A DNA stretch of 61,111 nucleotides, filler included, from Sphacelaria rigidula (lineage: Eukaryota), in NCBI GenBank assembly GCA_964200075.2. It is 7 parts of 7 records of this genome, joined end to end, with 100 filler letters (N's around TTAATTAATTAA, not from the genome) between each part and the next. Parts side by side here need not be neighbours in the genome. Positions count along the whole stretch, not along the records: positions 26,237 to 34,880 come from CAXNAA020010500.1; positions 34,981 to 43,624 come from CAXNAA020010501.1; 5 more parts are not named here. One strand, given 5' to 3'. The notes beneath the pieces were generated by a model. It was not told the DNA's origin, did not search any database, and saw only the letters and a program-made list of their open reading frames with translations. Below, in pieces: positions 26,237 through 38,600 of the stretch (positions within the stretch are counted from its first letter, which is position 1; every line of letters starts with the position of its first letter). Made by a program: the position numbers and the translations under genes.

Positions 26237-29024
26237 GGCCGCGGCTAAACAACCCTAACTTATGACAGTAGCAAACGCGGTAACAACGCGTCACGGAATC
26301 CAGGGTCTACGAGCAGACCCGCACAGAGTATATCTTGCAACGCCTCTGAGCTTCATCACAATGTACTGTTCGAAATTTCCATGTTTTCCCGGGTTAATCA
26401 AAATTATTGATCCACAGTATAGTATAGCTTGACGAACTTGTGTGATCTACATTGAGTGCAGTTGAAATGTTTTAGTCCTGGCGAGCCAGCAAAATGTAAG
26501 TAGTACTGCGTTTGTGAGTTGTCGTTCCATCCATTCTGGATGCCAGTATACACCTTTCGGTATATGTGGGCGCACCAGCCGGAGTCTGACAGGAGGAGGG
26601 TCAACACAGGATTTGTTTTTGTTCCTTGTTTGTTTTTAGTACTTCACCTTCTGCGATGCTTGCTTTTATTTTTTATCGCGAGGGAAGTTGAGCACAGTGG
26701 GCCATCACCGACCGTTAGGGCGGATTTTATGTGTTCACGGCATGATACTGTGAATTATTTTTGACAGCATTGCGAGGAAAGACGCACAGTTTTATAGGAG
26801 AGGAATTTCATCTTTGATATGACGCACGAACGATGTTTTCGAATATTTTTCGATTTTTTGCATGAAGTACAACGGATGACTTATTTCTGCGACTATTTTC
26901 TGCCACTACGCGTGACCTGCCCCCGGTGCTGCGAGCCAATCTTTATGGCGAGGCAACTGCTTTCGAACCCAGGCGGATGTGCACAAAAATGACGAAGCCC
27001 GGACCGCGATCCCGCAAGAGCCAAACCGAAAACAGCGACCGCGGCCTGGGCGACGACAACACAACCGCTTGGGGGACTTAGCAGGAGCCAGGGCAGGAAC
27101 CAAACACGCCTTGGGATTTTGATTTGATTAGGAATATTTTCGTCTCGTTGTTCGCAGCAACGTGGCATGCCAACCATGTGAAACGTCCCGTGGTTGCACT
27201 TTTTGTTTGATTGTTCTAGTTTTTGTTCCCTGCGCCCTACGAAGTACTACCGTAGTTTGGTTATGATTTTTTCAACTTGATCCTCCACATGATTGCGATG
27301 ATTTTGGAATTATCGAGAAAGAAAATAATGGGGGGGGGGATTTACTATTTGCTTCCATGATTCTCTTTTCGGGTAATTAAAAACGAAGAAAACTCATGTG
27401 ATGGGGTTATCCACAGCGGAGTATTTTGGGAGAAAAATCATGTGATGGGGTGATCCACGGCGGGGTATTTTGGATAAGTTGATCCGTCGGTTATGGATTT
27501 CGAGAGGGAATTTGATATTTTGCGATCCGCGCTATAATGTTTTTGACAAAGTGATTCACTGGCTCTGGGTTTTGGGTTGGACATTTTCAATTGCGGAAAG
27601 AACATGGCGTGGATTCAACCTCAAGTATACTTCCGAGAGTGGAAGGGTTTTTAGTCTTGGGTGTCACTAAACAATTGACTATCCACCCGCCGTTCAACAT
27701 GCGGGGCTGACTATGCACCAGGATAACTCACGATAATTGACTCTGGGGTCATCGATGTTATGTTTTCACGTACTACCTGGAAGAAATACTCCCTGCAAAT
27801 CAATATGTAATATTGAATGGGGGGGGGCGTTTTAATACGGAGTAATTTATGTTATGTTCTCTCCAGGGTGTGGCGTTTATTCAAGGAGTAATATCCGTCC
27901 TGATATTTGGGTGAGTGTACTGTTTACGCAGAGTAACTTCTTATTCGATTTCTTTGCATGCACTTGGACTCTGGTATACAGGGGTTGATTTTTTGTGAAA
28001 GAGAAAATATTCTAAGAGTTGGACGATGAGTTTGACGGTTTTGGGAATTTATCGGGCCGGATGACGAGCGAAATTTGCATCAAAGATCAGTAATTCGAAA
28101 TTCAGTGGACTGATCAACCTCTAATTTTGATTATAATATTTTTAGTGCTTACAGAGTTTGGTTTTATGTTCCGAGTTTCTCCCTGATAGGATATAAGCAG
28201 TACAAGTCGTTGTGAAATGCACGAGTGTACTGGTACATATATTTTTTTCTGGGTATTCTAGGGTCCATGAAGTGAACGAGATTCGAAAGAGATTTTTTCG
28301 TGTTCTGACATAAAAAGGATCCAAGCTTGCAAGTTTTCACTGATGAGGGTTATATCAACTGTTCTAGGCAGTTTGATAAATGGTCGACATCAGGGAGGCT
28401 AATGTTGTTTTTCTAGGATACAGAGTGGTACAAACAGAGGAAGATCTTGTGTTCTTATGTTGGGACAGATGAAAAATCTATATATTTTTGTATTCGAGCA
28501 TACCTCTAGTTTAAGCGATTTGGACTTGAATTGATTCGATTTCAATTTCAATTTTGTTCTCGAACTCGAGGGGAAGTGGTACACACACCACTACTGCAAT
28601 TTTTCATTTTGCAGTGTTTATTTTGTATACTATTTTGAGGAGTCATGTTATTGTTCAGTGGAATGATATCTCGGTCACTGGACATGTTGACTGTAGACAC
28701 TTGCCTGATGTAGACCGTGTTGTAGACGGTATGTTGAATCGAATTTCACATAGACACCAGCATCTTGTTACCATGAGAATAGTGCGTTTTTGACATATTC
28801 GAGTATTGGAAGGTTGAGTGTGTTTCTCGAATGTCACTATGGTAACTGAGGAGTATGAAAAGGGTGTCCGCTGTGCATTCAAGTGTGATTTTTGGTTGTT
28901 CCAAGGAAGATTTGGGAACTGGTAATGATTGAGATTGATACACATGTATCTATTTGTTTTGTGCTGACTGACGCAAACAATTGTTGAAATGGAGCATGGA
29001 TAGGTTATGAAGAACTGATTATAT

Positions 29025-29342
29025 TCAGAATTTGAGCTTTCGATTGCTAAAGTGGACGAGTTTGCGACGTCTGTGCGTGGCTGGAAAGGTTTTTTCCTGA
29101 CGGGATCGGTTTTTTTTTTTCAGTTCTTGGTAATATAGTGCTGGATTCATGTCCGACAGAACATGAAATATTTCTCCGTTTTTAGAATGAGGCACTATGT
29201 ATTCAGGATAAACTATCAGTCCTAGGGCCGTAAGTAGGGAGGCTAATCGATTATACTTACGCTCAGGATCGGATATCAAGATTGGATCATTACGTATAGG
29301 GGAAATACGAATATGAGTACAGTTCTGTTGATAGAGGTACAC
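29025..29342 (-). pseudogene. Degenerate GxxExxY-like PD-(D/E)XK nuclease ORF in an AT-rich island
   Basis: DPERKY..LASLLTALGLIVYPEYIVPHSKNGE....SDM......QELK....Q..T...T....LVHF follows the order and spacing of the recalled GxxExxY (PDDEXK_3) pattern; recognised by eye only. Confidence 0.5.
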
Positions 29343-30010
29343 CCGATATCATGGTTGCAGTAGGTATCTGACGGGGACATGCGTTCTTACGTGGCGAAGA
29401 GGCGCGATTATGACATGTGATGTTTGTATGAGCGTTCCCCAGGAATGACTACCCCACTTCGTTCAGTAGTTTTCAGCCGTGGTTTCAGTGTGTGTGAGAG
29501 TGGGCAAATATGGGTGAATTAATTACATGAATGATACCTGGTCTCAACTAGCCATGGCAGGCCTACAACTTCCCGCGACAATGCACCCGGTGCATGAGGC
29601 TTTCTATTACACGGGCGCTAGCTGAGCAGAGGAAGTGACTCTCATGAGCGATACAGCAGCAACATGTTGCAGTCGGCAGCATGCTGTACACAATTCGTTG
29701 TTCGTGGGTGTTGGCAATCGCTGGGTGCAGAAAGGAAACGATCGGTGGGGGAGAAGAAGCAAGCGATGTGTTTTTGTTTTGCCTTTTGGACTTCGTTCAG
29801 TCGCGGGACGAGAGAAGAGAAGATCGCGCGTGCGGTGCTACTGCACTCGGTAACAGCGCTTGGCAACAGCTTGTCTTGTGTATGTTGTTGTATGTATCCC
29901 TGCACGCGAGATCAGAGGCTGACTCCACCGAGGTGAGTCGGATCTAGGTAGTCGGAAAGCTTGGGCAAGAGAAGTACAGCAGTACTTCAGAGAAGAAGAC
30001 AATGGTTCGA

Positions 30011-30336
30011 TGTTGTAAACAAGGCGCTTGCGGCCAACACAGACAAATAAAACAGACAGACACAGGCCGCTGATTGCCCAGGTAGGATGATGCTCCTAGA
30101 GGTGATAAGGAACCCAGACAAACCAGGAAGGTAAACAAGGAGTTAGCTCGAACACCGAGCACAGCTCATCAACATCCGCTTTACAGGCGTTAGCATATTC
30201 CTCCGCAGACGTTGCATGTCAACCGACACATATTATACCGACTGTACTTTATAGCCACACTACAACAATGAGCAATGCATGAACAGTGCTACTATACGTT
30301 GGCTACATAGAGGAATGTGTTGACAAATCCGTAACA
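30011..30336 (-). repeat. 3' LTR of the copia element, preceded by a polypurine tract
   Basis: PPT GAAAGGGAG (30345-30337) directly followed by TGTTAC; candidate end ACAACA at 30011; internal TATAAA. Confidence 0.7.
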
Positions 30337-30892
30337 CTCCCTTTCAATGAAAGTTGCCTGTGACGTGCGATACCCATTGTCAAATAAACACCAATATGTT
30401 TCTTACTAATTATACAGATAAACAGAGTTGTCAAATGTTCATCCTCCGAAGTTCTTGATCCTGTCGACAAGGAAACGAAAACGATGTTTGCTCAAAAACT
30501 TGATTCCGATGTCGGCGAGTTGGTGCTCCGTGGGAATGTAATGAATGGTTATTTCGCCCTTCTTGGCCATCTCTCTGATGTAGATGAAACGTAGACGATG
30601 TGCGAGAACTGTACGCCTCATTGCCGATTACATGAAGAGTGGCCGTATTATCGATGTGTAACGACACTTGTCTGAAGTGTTGCCCGAAACTCAACTCGGT
30701 CATCATGTTCAAACAAAACACAGCTTCCTTCATTGTCAGAGCTGCAGCCACCAGTTCTGCCTCCATGGTTGACATCGCTGTCAGGCTCTGAATTCCTGAC
30801 TTGAAGCTTACTGGCGCCTTACACATCATCATGGTATAGGCTGAGGTCGATTTACCGTTGTCAGAGTTGTTACCCCAGTTTGCATCCAAAAG

Positions 30893-31546
30893 GGGGAAGT
30901 TTGCTCAGAAAGAAACAAACCCTTGTTTATTGCAAACATCGAATTCGCCAAAGAGGCGTCTATTAGTTCAGCCGCTCTTTTAGGGTCACGGAGGAACAGT
31001 CAAATAGTCAGCCGCCTTTGTATTATTTCAGTAGCTTTTTGAGGGTCACGGAGGAACAGTTGAATAGTCAGCCCCAAGCGTTCACTTTGCGAGAAACTCC
31101 ACGGATAGTCAGAACAAGGAGACGCAAATCAGCGTAGGTTGGGGACACAAAAGGTGGACAGAGAGAGCATAGAAGGAGTTGGGCCAGTTCGACAGGGGCC
31201 AACAAGTTTTATCGATTAGGTGCGCCTTTTTTCCCGCCCACCCACCCGTTTTCTTTCGAAGGTGGAAGGGAAGGGAGAGGGATTGCTTGATATAGGGTCA
31301 AGGAATGGTAGAGTACCATTTGGGGACTTTGTCGTTTGAGATTTTCACGTACATTAGGAGCGTTTATGTGTCCCCCTGGTTGTTCTAAGGGAGAGAGAGA
31401 GAGACAGTTTTTATGAGCAGAGACACGACAGTCTATGGCAGAAGGGTTTAGAGATCGTGCCCTGCAAGCAGTCGCCTCTCTCTCTCTCTCTTGCCTTCGG
31501 GCCCGAAAATATTAATGAAAAAGGCAATTCGAAAGAAAAGCAATAC
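30893..31546. mobile_element. ~650-bp non-coding insertion splitting the copia RT/RNase H junction
   Basis: Interrupts the expected 'GF(K)LTAF(S)DANWG' between LTA (~31550) and DANWG (~30886); contains a 60-bp tandem duplication (30961, 31021) and opposing (GA)n/(TC)n tracts. Confidence 0.75.
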
Positions 31547-34500
31547 AAGCAGTGAGCTAAAATCCTCGCTTGTATATGATGTTAAACGCCTTTGTTCCAG
31601 CAAGATACCGTAAAGGATGCTTCGCAGCGCCCATGTGACCTTTGGCTGGCTTCGACATTGCACGAGCAAGCTGGCAAGATGCATACATCACGTCGTAACG
31701 TGCGATCTGCGCTAGGTACATAATATAACCTGTTATGGCCTGATACTTCTGAGTTTCTTCTTCGCTGAGAAGAGTCTCCTCCGGTTGTTCTGTAGACAAC
31801 TCCGAACCGAATCCCGGGGTGTACCCAGGCTTGCAGTGCTCCATTCCAAATCGTGCAAGAATTTATCTTGCATATTCCTCCTGAGTGATGGTGAGCGTAC
31901 CTTCTTCACGATTGCGAGTGTTTTGCATCCCCAGTACAAGCGATACATTCCCCATGTCACTCATCTTGAACTTATCCATGAGCTTCCTCTTGATATCTTC
32001 GATCACGCTGAGGTTACTCCCAGCGACAAGGAGGTCGGCGACGTAGAGGGTAATGGTCACAATCGTCTTATTTTGGCTGTATATGTAGACGCAGGAATCT
32101 GATTTCAGAGACGTGAATCCAAGCTCTACACGTTTCGGATCTATCGTTTTCCACCGATTGCGTGGACTTTGGGCTAGTCCGTAAAGGCTCTTTTCCAGCT
32201 TCATGACAAGTTGGATTCCATCCTTATTTGTGGTCTCGAAACCAGGCGCCATTTTTATGAACACGTCTTCCTCGATGTCCGCATAAAGAAAAGCAGTCTT
32301 CACGTCAAGTTGGATCACTTCCCCCTTTAACTCAGTAGCGGTCGCGAGCACCATCCGAATGCTTTGTAGTCGGCAAACGGGAGCGAAGGTGCCGCCACAT
32401 TCTTTCCCGGGGACTTGATTCCAGCCCTGTGCGACCAGTCTGGCTTTCTATGTCGTGTCCGGCTTGACTTTAGAGACCCACTTAGAGCCGAATATTTTCA
32501 ATCCCAGAGGGAAATCTGTCTTTGGGACGAGAGTGTAAACTTTCAGGTCTTGCAGACTTTTTAATTCCTTTTGAGCTGCTTCTTTCCACATCGTAGATTC
32601 CGGCACCTTCATAGCTTCTTCAAAGTTCGTCGGGACCTTGATTGTTCCCGATCGAAGTTGTGTATTTGTCGCTGCGTAGGCATACTCGACCAGACTAAGC
32701 TGTTCATGTGTGTGTGCCACGTCTGGAAACTCCCCTTTAGCGAAGTAAGCAAGTTTCCTAAGTTCTCGGACTGTTCTCGACGCAGACACACGTTGATTAC
32801 TCTCTGAAGGTACACGTTGGTTAGTCTGTCCACGCGTTCTGGTGTGAACGCCCGACGGAACTGACTCTTCGACCAGCGATGGTTCAGTCGATGCCGGATG
32901 TCCTGGAGCAGCAAGTAGATCTCGAGACGTGATTTCTTTTATGAGATCGAGTATTTGATTCACCGAAATGTCGTCAGTCTCACGGTTTTCCGAGGACAAA
33001 CTAAGATCAAGGCTCGACGTATAGTTACGCACGTCTCGCACAAGGTCCTCATGCTCATCGTACGAAAACGTTCCTTCGTCAAAACCGCTTACCAAGTCTG
33101 GTTTAGGCATGACAGGAGGTGTCTCGATGAAGACGACGTTTCGACTCTCGCGTACTTTTCGAGTTTCTGGGTTGTAAATTCGAGAAGACTCGCTGTCCAT
33201 GCTGTATCCCACCAGTCGTCCTTCCCAGGCGCGGGGTTCCAGTTTCTTGGTATGTGTTTCCACGTGAACAAACGCTCTTGCTCCGACAGTCCGAAAGTGT
33301 CCAACATACGCTTCCTTGGCGTAGAGAGCTTTGAAGGGTGTTTCATCGTTTAGAGCTGAGTGTGGAACTCTATTGATCAGGTATGTGGCAGTTTGCATGA
33401 GTTCTCCCCTAAGGAAATGCGGTAAACCTGAATCAGATAGCATGCATCTCACCACACCCGCTAAAGTGCGTCCTAACCGCTCGTTTGCGCCCATCTGTGG
33501 AGGAGTATTTGTTGATGCAAACTCGAGCTTTATACCTATGTCGAGGCAATACTTGCCAAAGGCCGAACCTGTATTTTCTCCTCCCTTGTCCGCTCTCAGG
33601 CGCTCCAAGCGCAATCCAGTGGGGATGACGACGACCAGGAAAACGTCCGTCCATTTTGTGACCTGATCATTAAACTTGACAACGTGATTGAAGCCACCCA
33701 GTGCCTGAGGGGAGATTGGTCCCACGATGTCGGTGAAGACTAGCTGAAACGGAAGCTTGACGTTGTAAGATGATGCTCGCTTCGGGTGCGGTGTTGTGTG
33801 CTCTTGCCCACAGCGCAAACATCACAAGCAAGTGGATCTCCGTTATACTCAACATCATTACCCTGCACTCTCCGTAGGATATTCATACTTCTGCTATTGA
33901 TGTGACCCAGGCGGCGATGCCACAGGTCTGCTGATTCGGTCCGCAAAGCTACACTAATAGTTATATTGTATGCAGGTAGTTCTCAAGAAAAGGAATATAA
34001 CTCATCATTCTGAAGCCGCTGCAACGGTATGGGAACTTTCCCTACCTCCAACCGTGGTAGTGAGGGATCAAAAATCGTAATCACTCCCCTTTTTGTAGCT
34101 TCCGGGACAGAGAAGAGATTCCTTCCAAGGCCAGGAACAATAAACGCACTGAAGGTGATTGGTATGTTGAGACCGTTGACGTCATTAACAGTACCGTGGA
34201 TAGTACCTGTACCGACACCTTCGAGTTGATGGCCACTAGCTGTGCAGATTATGTGAGGCTTGTGAAGTACAGTGTAGTCCTTCATACGAACTGAGAAATC
34301 TACGAATGTGTCAGACGCCCCACTATCCACCAGCATGGTGATGGATGTAATCGTCGAACTCAAATCGGCGCTCGAACTTGAAGTAGACGTCATGAAGGCC
34401 CCTCCGAATGCACCAAAAAGTCCAGAGGTGTTTTTTTGTTGAAGGCGTTGTCTAACTTCAGCCTGTGACGGTCCTAACTGTAAAAAACCAAACGAGGAGT

Positions 34501-34880
34501 TGTCCTCGTCTGCCGGGAGATGGGCACTCCCCACTTGTGCAAAGTTAGCTTGAGGAGGCGTTTGATTAGTCAGTTTCGCTTGAGCGTGGCATTCGTCATC
34601 GGAATGGGTCTTCGATCGGTGATACGAACACCACTCGTCGTCACCGCCACCTTTCTTGGAAGGTTTCTTCTTGTAATATTTGGGGTAATGCTGTTAGGTA
34701 GAATCCAGGCAATCACGCCGGCGGTGCCCGTAATGTTTGCATTGGTGTAACGTGTGAGAGGACCGCGTGCTTAGAGGACCGCGCCGTAGTTCAAAACACC
34801 TCAGGATCGATGTTTTTCAAAACCAATCGGGCCAGTCCCTGCAGGTACCACGCCCCTGACCATAACCCCAACACTAACAC

Positions 34881-34980
34881 NNNNNNNNNNNNNNNNNNNN
34901 NNNNNNNNNNNNNNNNNNNNNNNNTTAATTAATTAANNNNNNNNNNNNNNNNNNNNNNNNNNNNNNNNNNNNNNNNNNNN
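34881..34980. other. Artificial contig spacer
   Basis: Same 100-bp block. Confidence 0.98.
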
Positions 34981-35039
34981 CAAAATGATGCCAATTCACA
35001 AAGATTCACAAAACAAGAATCAGCACTTGCGTTCCCAAA

Positions 35040-35630
35040 GGGTTAATATCCCTGAGTAAGATATCGACGTGTAGCTGTAGGTACATGCTATTATGTTGAT
35101 GGAAGCAAAGAAAAGCACACCCGGAATGAAAAAATGGCGAAGTTGGAGCGAATGACCAAAGCCATCCTCAAGCAGCGCTCAACTCTAACACGAAAGCGTT
35201 GTTTGAATGAGCAAGTGAATGCCAATGCTGGCACGGCGGTACGGGAAGAGTTCGCCAACAAGAGTAGTAGGTATTGCAACACATGTATGCACGGCGTGTG
35301 GCGTCTCAGCAGCACAAAACAATGTTTTCGTGACATTGAGAGTGGGGAATACGATTGAGAGTGAAGGAGCGGTCAATTAGTGAATGAACCATTCTAGTTC
35401 CGAAATGCCCCTCCACGAGACCCAATAATCTGCTTCCTGTGGAAGCTTGCCACTAGGGCCCTTGATATCCCTAGGTAGGATATCGTCATGTAGCTGTACG
35501 CACACGCCAGTGATGGAGGCAACGAAAAGCAAACACGGAAATAAAGATTGGCGAAGTTGAAGCGATTAATCGAAGTCACTCTTAATCAGCGCTCTACTCT
35601 CAATGTCACGGAAACGTTGTTTCAGCATAT
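35040..35630. repeat. Diverged direct repeat (~170 bp, ~415 bp apart)
   Basis: ATATCCCT..GTA.GATATCG...GTAGCTGTA...GGCGAAGTTG.AGCG...CAGCGCTC at ~35045 and ~35465; a related copy at ~45590-45760. Confidence 0.7.
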
Positions 35631-38600
35631 ACATCTTCCGTCCGTCGGGTACCTACGGAAGCAACAAGCTTCGCCATGCCATCCTCACCATGTACTGCAT
35701 CGCTGCTCTCTCGTGTATTTTCAAAATGCGTCATGTACAAACAAGTTAATGCATCTCCTTCTCCGCACGTTCCGCAACAGTACAGCAGTACCAGGAGTAG
35801 AAGCTGGAGCTCGTCTCGCCCATTCTTTGGAGGAGAAGGGCCCAGGGCTGATTCCAACTCCAGAGCCACACAGAACAAGATAGACGAAAAGAGGGGCCAG
35901 AGCCAAGGAGGTCTCCCCGCCGACTGCGCACCTGCTGGAGATAAATCTGCTCCTGCGCCATCAACCGGCCCCCAAGACTATTTTCATATCGCAGCCATCG
36001 TACTACCAACCGGAGCCGGACGCGGCATGTACACTGCTCCTCGATGCCTCACTGTCATTTCCCCGGCATTACCTTCACGTACGTACCCTGAAAAAATGTC
36101 ATCAATTGCGCCCGCTCTCAGTCCTACCGCCATGCATAAGGCGTCACTCAGGAGCCAGACAACAAACATAGATATAGATAGATGAAGATATATATATTTA
36201 TATATATTCAAACTCGGTTAAGTGTGTGTTGTACTTTTTTTTCGTGACAGATGAATGATACTGATGCGTTCCTGGACAGAAATCGAAAAAAACACTGGCC
36301 GTACAGAGCGCCTCACCCCGACTAAAGCGACAATCCGGCGTCAGGAGCGAACCCAACAGAAACAATATAATCCGACGAATCCATCTCACGAGAAGTACCT
36401 GACCCTTCTCCAACCAACGAACATATTTATTTTTCTCTTTACTCGCATCTCCGTCCTGTTCCAGCCGAGCGCCAGATCGTTCCTCCCCGCGACCAATCCC
36501 ATTTTTTCATGACACAACGTAAGATGAACGGCACGGACAAGAGACACACACAAAAATCGTGTTGTTGTGTCCAAGATACTGATGCACTCCTTCAGGATTT
36601 CCTCTCATCGATCGTCGAATGCAGGCAGGGGACGCGCAACCGAAAAAAAATCATGAAAAACGCCAAAAAAAATGGAATGATGATAGCGCTCCGACGATCG
36701 AAACCCGAAGAGTCTCATCATGTCCACACAAAAAACGGTGACAAAGGCGGAAACACACACAAAGAGACCCCCCCCCCCCCCACCCCCCACTCCACCACCT
36801 CCATCAAATGGCAACAATGGCTATGACAAGCACCTCTGCCTAGAGGGTGTCTTTGCCTTCAACGAGAGGAGCATGCGGGCCGCCCTTCACCGAGCCTTCC
36901 GGGCTTCACGCCCATCTCCTTGCACAGGTGAATCGACACCCGAGACGGGCAGGCATTCGTCAAGTGAAAATAATAATAATATCTGATGCGTCAAAGGGAC
37001 GGGCAAACGACCGCTGCCGTACTGCTGCGCCGGGAAATAACAAAACAAAAAGCAACGAAAAGAGCAAGTTCCGGCTTCCTGTTTCGTCGCCATCTGTCCG
37101 AAAAACACAAGGAGAAACAAGCCCCGCGCACCCCTTCATGTCGGACTACGAGGGGAGAGGGCTGCGGGGTATTCATCCACTAAGGGGAAAAAGAGACCGT
37201 GTGCTGTGCGGGCGTAAAACCCAACAAGAAACGAAATAATCAATAAAAAAGGAGAGGGCAGGGGAAAACGTGACAGTCACACACACACACACACACAACT
37301 CACAACACACACAATACACGCACGCGCGCGCGCACGCACGAGGGGCGAGCCGCACATCTTTACCAATATTACATAGAAATGCATGCACGTACGTACGTGA
37401 CTCACAAATGCTGACCCGAAAAATGTATGTTAGTATCTTCCTCAATACTACTCCTGTTTCAGTACCACCACCATGCAATCTCTGTCACGAAAAAATCACG
37501 AGTAAGATGAAAAAAATAAAAAAATGGCACGAAACAAACTCTCACCCATATCACACAAAAAAAGCAAGCATCTTCAGATCACCGGGCACAACAGACAACA
37601 AGCATCTTCGCACCAAACATGTAACAACATCCACCCCCCGCAGCCCCCTTTCCCCTAGGTCTCCCTCCCTGCATGTCGAAAAATGCGGGACACTTACTTG
37701 GAGGAGGTCATGAATCTATGGGGAACGAACGAGTGATCACCCCATGTGTAATGGACGTATGGCGGGTTTTGTTTGCCGCGCGCTGTGACCCAGACTACCT
37801 ACTGTACAACACCTGAATGAAAGGATGAGGTGTGGAGCACAATCCAGTCCACACCCGTTTGTTCCCCCGACACCTTCCATCGAAATGGATTTGTAACACT
37901 GCGTGATGATTGATTCAACCCTCGGCCTCAAAAGTGTACCAAAAATGCAACGAAAAAAAACATGAAAAGGGGTCAGCAATCAGCAAGCACATGGGATAAT
38001 GGAAGACAGTGACGCGGAACCACTTGCCACTACGCTCCATCATCATCAAGTACGGCGATGGGTCTCCGACGATCTCGTACATTCATATTATTTCCGTAAA
38101 AGGGATTTGCCTGTCATGGGAAAAAAACACATCAAACTCAGCAAACCAACGAACTGCTGCATAAAACTCCACCGCCTGCCTTACTGCTGTTACCCCCTCC
38201 GCATCAAATCATGGAGTCCCCGGCCACATTCGCGCATACACCTACCCATGCACATGCATACATACACAGAACGCAGAAAACGAGGCATTGATCACACCCA
38301 CATTCCTGTGTTGCGGCCAAACCCTCAGTCTGCCGATGGGATACGAGCACAGCACGCAACGCACCACATCTATGTTTTCCAGACCGACAAGTATAGCAAA
38401 CAGATCGGCTACGGAACCCCCTCAAGCCAATATCCTCGTCGGCTGCGACACACAGTCCATGCCCTCCCCACTTCCCATGAAAAAACCAACGGGCGCAGGA
38501 ATCGGCAACAGAGATGATGACGCGGTGCGAGTATTGGCTCTTCTACGCTGCTGTGGCTGTGGCCTGCGGTTGATTAAAAACGCCGGTTATGAGGGTCAGC

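Larger units (their letters stand above)
30011..34880 (-). mobile_element. Ty1/copia LTR retrotransposon, frameshifted, 5' end truncated by the contig edge
   Basis: Minus-strand order: Gag knuckles (QCKHYGHRRRDC, WCSYHRSKTHSDDEC), protease (MLVDSGAS, 33983-34534), pre-integrase (LWHRRLGH..CDVC), integrase (32448-33818), RT (QLDVKTAFL, LYGLAQS, LYVADLL), RNase H (DANWG..STSAY..EAEL, 30431-30889). Integrase before RT defines copia. Confidence 0.95.

Noticed and set aside
35746-35931. Possible last exon of the low-complexity gene
   Set aside because: An acceptor-like site exists, but no frame gives a convincing peptide; insufficient support.
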